From the NCBI RefSeq assembly GCF_048403405.1, contig NZ_CP183129.1: a stretch of 64,000 nt of DNA. One strand, 5' to 3'. This stretch comes from Escherichia coli (GTDB lineage: Bacteria; Pseudomonadota; Gammaproteobacteria; Enterobacterales; Enterobacteriaceae). Below the pieces are notes generated by a model. That model searched no databases and was not told where the DNA came from. It saw only the letters and a list, made by a program, of their open reading frames with translations. Positions 58,217-64,000 of the stretch are shown here, in pieces. The stretch's first letter is position 1; the number at the start of each line of letters is the position of its first letter. A program made the translations under genes and the position numbers.

Positions 58217-58246
58217 AAAACCGACGCCAAAAGCGTCGGTTTTTTC
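58217..58246 (+). terminator. rho-independent terminator after aaeB
   Basis: AAAACCGACGC caaaa GCGTCGGTTTTTT. Confidence 0.8.
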
Positions 58247-58304
58247 ATGGCTATACTTAGCGATGAACGGCAGAACTCGCCGCGAAACGTGACGGTGGCA
58301 ACAG

Positions 58305-58577
58305 ATGAATATTTATACCTTTGATTTTGATGAGATTGAGAGTCAGGAGGATTTTTATCGCGACTTCAGCCAAGCCTTTGGTCTGGCGAAAGATAAGGTA
58401 CGCGATCTCGACTCACTATGGGATGTGTTAATGAACGATGTCCTGCCGCTACCACTTGAGATTGAATTTGTTCATCTGGGAGAGAAAACGCGTCGCCGTT
58501 TTGGCGCGTTAATATTGCTGTTTGATGAGGCAGAGGAAGAGTTGGAAGGGCATTTGCGTTTTAATGTTCGTCATTAG
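58305..58577 (+). CDS. yhcO: barstar-like ribonuclease-inhibitor family protein
   Basis: 90 aa; same size and position as K-12 yhcO. Confidence 0.8.
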   Translation: MNIYTFDFDEIESQEDFYRDFSQAFGLAKDKVRDLDSLWDVLMNDVLPLPLEIEFVHLGEKTRRRFGALILLFDEAEEELEGHLRFNVRH

Positions 58578-58632
58578 CGCAAAAAAAAGCCCCCGAACCG
58601 AGGGCAATATCGTCGGACAAGACGATGAGGGT

Positions 58633-58896
58633 TTATTTGTACAGTTCAGCCGTAGCGTGCCAGGTGTCACCGCTACGAGCTTCCGTAATCTGGTAGGCCG
58701 TTGCGCCTTTCTCTTCTGCTTTTTTGTTCAGCATTTCACGCATATCCATTGGCGAAGACGCCACACCACTTACGGATACGGTCCCGATTGCTTCACGATT
58801 TTGTGCTTGTGCAGCATCAATGGAGTCGGCAGCGAATGCACCGAAAGATAGAACAGAAAGTACGCTTAATGCAGCAACAGTGGTTTTGATTTTCAT
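58633..58896 (-). CDS. yhcN: periplasmic stress-response protein (YdgH/BhsA/McbA family)
   Basis: 87 aa from MKIKTTVAALSVLSVLSFGAFA (signal peptide). The ORF-track extension was rejected. Confidence 0.85.
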   Translation of the reverse strand: MKIKTTVAALSVLSVLSFGAFAADSIDAAQAQNREAIGTVSVSGVASSPMDMREMLNKKAEEKGATAYQITEARSGDTWHATAELYK

Positions 58897-59261
58897 GATT
58901 TTTACCTCGACATAATCTTTTAGCTGGGCCTTTGTTTCGTGACCCATATCACAAAATCAAGTATACACTAATTATTGAACTAATTAATACCACGCTAACT
59001 GTTTCAGTTGATACTAAGTGTTAAAAATGTGAATTTTAATAACAAAAAAGAATTAAAAACACGGTTATTTATTTTTAATTCTAGTATTTTCAATTAGATA
59101 ATGAATTTTGCATAATGTGCTTTTTTTATCGTATGTATTCATTGTGTGAATGACATGTCGCAGTAAAACGCACTATTCGTTAAATTAATCGCAGGGGAAA
59201 GCAGGGGGGTTGAGAGGGATAAGCAACATTTTCCCCGCCGCCAGAAGCGACGGGGCAGAGA

Positions 59262-59735
<474 letters not shown>

Positions 59736-60091
59736 TCACCCGATATGGTGGTTGATACAACATTATTGTGCATACAGATGAATTTTTATGCAAACAGTCA
59801 GCCCTGAAGAAGGCTGAAATAATGTTATGAAAGAGCGGGATTTTATCAAATTTCGTTATTGAGAAACATGCCTGCGTCACGGCATGCAAATTCTGCTTAA
59901 AAGTAAATTAATTGTTATCAAATTGATGTTGTTTTGGCTGAACGGTAGGGTATATTGTCACCACCTGTTGGAATGTTGCGCTAATGCATAAGCGACTGTT
60001 AATTACGTAAGTTAGGTTCCTGATTACGGCAATTAAATGCATAAACGCTAAACTTGCGTGACTACACATTCTTGAGATGTGGTCATTGTAA

Positions 60092-61105
<1,014 letters not shown>

Positions 61106-61121
61106 TTGATTAGCGGATAAT

Positions 61122-61152
61122 AAAAAACCGGAGCGCAGACTCCGGTTTTTTG
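61122..61152. terminator. bidirectional terminator between mdh and degS
   Basis: AAAAAACCGGAG cgcaga CTCCGGTTTTTT. Confidence 0.8.
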
Positions 61153-61167
61153 TTTTGAGCGCACGAC

Positions 61168-62235
61168 TTAATTGGTTGCCGGATATTCCTGAATGGTGAC
61201 CTGCAGCGTTAACTGCTTATCATCACGCATCACTACAACCGGGATCACCGAGCCAGGGCGAATTTCCGCCACCTGATCCATCGTCTCCAGAGCAGAGATG
61301 GCCGGTTTGTTATCCACCGAAATAATCAAATCGTTGACCTGAATACCCGCATTCGCCGCCGGGCCGTCAGGTGACACTTCATTAACCACGATCCCTTGCA
61401 GTTGATCTATACCACCGCCCTGCGCGTGCAGTGGTGCGATCTCACGTCCGCCGATACCAATGTAGCCGCGGATCACGCGACCATCGCGGATCAGTTTATC
61501 CATAATTTTGGTTGCTAACTGGAAAGGAATCGCAAAGCCGATACCTTCCGGCGTTTCGCCATCGTTACTCTTATCAAACGACAGCGTGTTAATGCCCATC
61601 AGTTCGCCCAGCGAGTTCACCAGCGCGCCGCCAGAGTTACCGTGGTTAATGGAAGCATCGGTTTGCAGGAAGTTTTGCCGCCCGGTCGGGTTCAGACCGA
61701 TTCGACCCGTGGCACTAATAATCCCCTGGGTAATGGTCTGCCCGAGGTTGTACGGGTTACCGATCGCTAGTACCACGTCGCCAATGTGCGGTACGCGACG
61801 TGCATTGATTGGAATGGTAGGTAAACCGCCAGTGGCATTAATTTTAAGTACCGCCAGATCGGTTAGAGAGTCAGATCCCACCAGCAATGCTTCAAATACA
61901 CGCCCATCCTGTAAGGCGACGATGATCTGATCGGCGTCGTTGATGACGTGTTTATTGGTGATGATATAACCGCGTTGATCCATGATTACACCGGATCCCA
62001 GGGTGCGGATCTCAAGCTGGTTGTGAGAGTTGGTGTTCAAACCACGGTTGTAAACGTTAACCACCGCTGGTGCGGCGCGGCGAACCGCCAGATTATAGCT
62101 GGCAGGCGTCTCATCGGTACTGTCAAATTGCGGAGTGGAAAGCGGGTTAAGGCTGCGCAGCGAAGGCATGGCAACCAGCAGAATAGCGCCGACAATTAAT
62201 CCAATCGCAACGGAACGTAAGAGCTTCACAAACAT
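61168..62235 (-). CDS. degS: envelope-stress serine endoprotease DegS
   Basis: 355 aa with an N-terminal anchor, a trypsin-like domain (GNSGGAL) and one PDZ domain. Confidence 0.96.
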   Translation of the reverse strand: MFVKLLRSVAIGLIVGAILLVAMPSLRSLNPLSTPQFDSTDETPASYNLAVRRAAPAVVNVYNRGLNTNSHNQLEIRTLGSGVIMDQRGYIITNKHVINDADQIIVALQDGRVFEALLVGSDSLTDLAVLKINATGGLPTIPINARRVPHIGDVVLAIGNPYNLGQTITQGIISATGRIGLNPTGRQNFLQTDASINHGNSGGALVNSLGELMGINTLSFDKSNDGETPEGIGFAIPFQLATKIMDKLIRDGRVIRGYIGIGGREIAPLHAQGGGIDQLQGIVVNEVSPDGPAANAGIQVNDLIISVDNKPAISALETMDQVAEIRPGSVIPVVVMRDDKQLTLQVTIQEYPATN

Positions 62236-62324
62236 GATGGAGGCGTCATTAAAAAAGGGAACGGCAGCAGCATACCACGAGTTAACCGGACATCACACGT
62301 CAGCCTGATGCCCGGTTTACGACA

Positions 62325-63692
62325 TTAACGCATCAGCAGATAGATGCTTTCATTGCCGCGTACAATTTGCAGGGCGATGATGGCCGGTTTTGCCGCCAGC
62401 ACTTTACGCATTTCAGCAATCGAGTTCACCCGATCGCGGTTGACGCCAATGATCACATCGTCTTTTTGCAAGCCTGCCTGAGCAGCTGGGCTTCCTTTGA
62501 CAACCTCATCGATCTTAATACCTTTGCCGCCATCTTTTAGCTGACCATCGCTCAACGTTGCACCTTCAAGCGCTGGCGTGATCATTTCAGCGCTGGCCGA
62601 CGAAGAGGTGCTGGTATCGAGCGTCACTTCTACTTCCAGTGGTTTGCCGTTACGCAGCAGGCCAAGCTTCACTTTCGTGCCCGGCTCGGTGGTTGCGATA
62701 CGAGAGCGCAACTCAGCAAAGCTATTCAGCGGTTTGCCGTTGAGGCTGGTAATAATATCGCCCGCTTTGACGCCCGCTTTTGCCGAGCCAGAACCTGGCA
62801 ACACTTCGCTGACAAACGCGCCACGCTGCACGTCAAGGTTGAAGGCTTTGGCGATATCGGCACTCATCTCTGTGCCTTTGATGCCTAACAGACCGCGTTT
62901 GATTTCACCAAAGTCGATAAGCTGCTGCGCCAGTGTTCGCGCCATATTACTGGGGATGGCAAATCCAATCCCGACGCTCCCGCCGCCAGGCGCAAGGATT
63001 GCCGTGTTGATGCCAATTAACTCACCGTTAAGGTTTAACAGTGCACCGCCGGAGTTACCGCGGTTAATGGAAGCATCTGTCTGGATAAAGTTTTCAAGAC
63101 CTTCAAGATTCAACCCACTGCGGCCTAATGCTGACACAATGCCAGAGGTGGCGGTTTGCCCAAGGCCAAATGGGTTACCGACCGCCACGGCAAAATCACC
63201 GACGCGCAATTTATCGGAGTCGGCAATAGCGATTTGCGTTAATTTGCTCGGGTTTTGAATTTGCAACAGGGCGATATCGCTCTGGTCATCGCTACCAATC
63301 AGTTTTGCATCAAACTCGCGCCCATCATTGAGCTGAATACTGATTTTCTGTGCCTGATTAATCACATGGTTGTTAGTCAGCACATAGCCTTTACTGGCGT
63401 TGATGATGACACCGGAGCCTAAACCTTCGAAGGGTTGTGCAGGTTGATCCGGTAAATCATCACCAAAAAACTTTTTGAATTCTTCCGGGATTTTCTGTCC
63501 CTGACTGGCCGTTCCTTCCACCCGTACGCTCACCACTGCCGGAAGCACTTTTTCCAGCATTGGAGCCAGACTGGGGAGAGGGGCCTGATCGGCAACCTGG
63601 CCTGGAATCGACGCAACGGCCTGAAATGACGCCGAGAGAGTTAACCCGACACTTAACGCTAATGCACTCAACAGCTGGGTTTGTTTTTTCAT
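62325..63692 (-). CDS. degQ: periplasmic serine endoprotease DegQ
   Basis: 455 aa from MKKQTQLLSALALSVGLTLSA. GNSGGAL active site and two PDZ domains. Confidence 0.96.
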   Translation of the reverse strand: MKKQTQLLSALALSVGLTLSASFQAVASIPGQVADQAPLPSLAPMLEKVLPAVVSVRVEGTASQGQKIPEEFKKFFGDDLPDQPAQPFEGLGSGVIINASKGYVLTNNHVINQAQKISIQLNDGREFDAKLIGSDDQSDIALLQIQNPSKLTQIAIADSDKLRVGDFAVAVGNPFGLGQTATSGIVSALGRSGLNLEGLENFIQTDASINRGNSGGALLNLNGELIGINTAILAPGGGSVGIGFAIPSNMARTLAQQLIDFGEIKRGLLGIKGTEMSADIAKAFNLDVQRGAFVSEVLPGSGSAKAGVKAGDIITSLNGKPLNSFAELRSRIATTEPGTKVKLGLLRNGKPLEVEVTLDTSTSSSASAEMITPALEGATLSDGQLKDGGKGIKIDEVVKGSPAAQAGLQKDDVIIGVNRDRVNSIAEMRKVLAAKPAIIALQIVRGNESIYLLMR

Positions 63693-63845
63693 TATTCCTG
63701 CTCTCGTACCTGAATGATAAGAAAAGAGATTCAAAACAGTTTGATGTTATTGAATTTTCAGACGGCTAACAATGAGACACCAGATTAAATGATAGTCGGG
63801 GAGGGAAAGAAGAGGAGGGCGCAATGGCTGCGCCCGAAAAATAAA

Positions 63846-64000
63846 TTAGTCGCGCTTCGCGCCAGTACGCAGCAGGCCGGACGCGCCTTCAGAATAGTCG
63901 CGAGGCATTTGCACCGGTGCCTGATCGTTGCTGGCTTCAGACTCTGCCAGACGATTACGGAACGGGTTTGCTTCAGCAGACAGTTCCGGCAGCAGGCTGC
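63846..64000 (-). CDS. yhcB: 3' part of inner-membrane cell-division-associated protein YhcB/ZapG (runs off the window)
   Basis: The minus-strand C-terminus reads ...MPRDYSEGASGLLRTGAKRD*; K-12 synteny next to degQ. Confidence 0.75.
   Translation of the reverse strand, partial: SLLPELSAEANPFRNRLAESEASNDQAPVQMPRDYSEGASGLLRTGAKRD

Overview
This window is an Escherichia/Shigella-type chromosome segment, colinear (in inverted orientation) with the E. coli K-12 yrdA to yhcB region. It runs: yrdA' (partial), the complete rrnD-type rRNA operon (16S, tRNA-Ile, tRNA-Ala, 23S, 5S, tRNA-Thr, 5S), yhdZYXW, yhdV, acrFE/acrS, yhdU, yhdJ, then a 15.2-kb insertion. After the insertion come fis-dusB, prmA, panF-yhdT, accCB, acuI, csrD, mreBCD, yhdE, rng, yhdP, tldD, aaeR/aaeXAB, yhcO, yhcN, argR, mdh, degS, degQ and yhcB' (partial). 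The core genes look ordinary. The accessory part is the element between yhdJ and fis, at about 17801-33165. It is bounded by perfect 80-bp direct repeats that contain the last 17 nt of fis plus the fis terminator. It carries a P4-type tyrosine integrase, an AlpA-like excisionase/activator, a divergent RHH-regulator / Icd-like control region, a P4-alpha-type primase-helicase and an adjacent iteron origin. It also carries a complete HK97-type head and packaging set (major capsid, prohead protease, portal, gp6-like connector, HNH, TerS, TerL) but no tail or lysis genes. This is the architecture of a capsid-forming phage satellite (cf-PICI-like). Between the origin and the capsid gene sits a strongly AT-rich, opposite-strand two-gene cassette (258 aa then 169 aa). 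I cannot assign either protein to a known family. The two proteins are otherwise unrelated but share a ~24-residue 'QN.FNI......VQLG..NN' module that resembles RHIM / amyloid-signalling motifs, and the smaller one ends in a hydrophobic Gly/Ala-rich tail. I consider this the best candidate for an undescribed (probably anti-phage / abortive-infection) system. All calls rest on reading the sequence and the ORF track and on recalled family knowledge; no database search was run.
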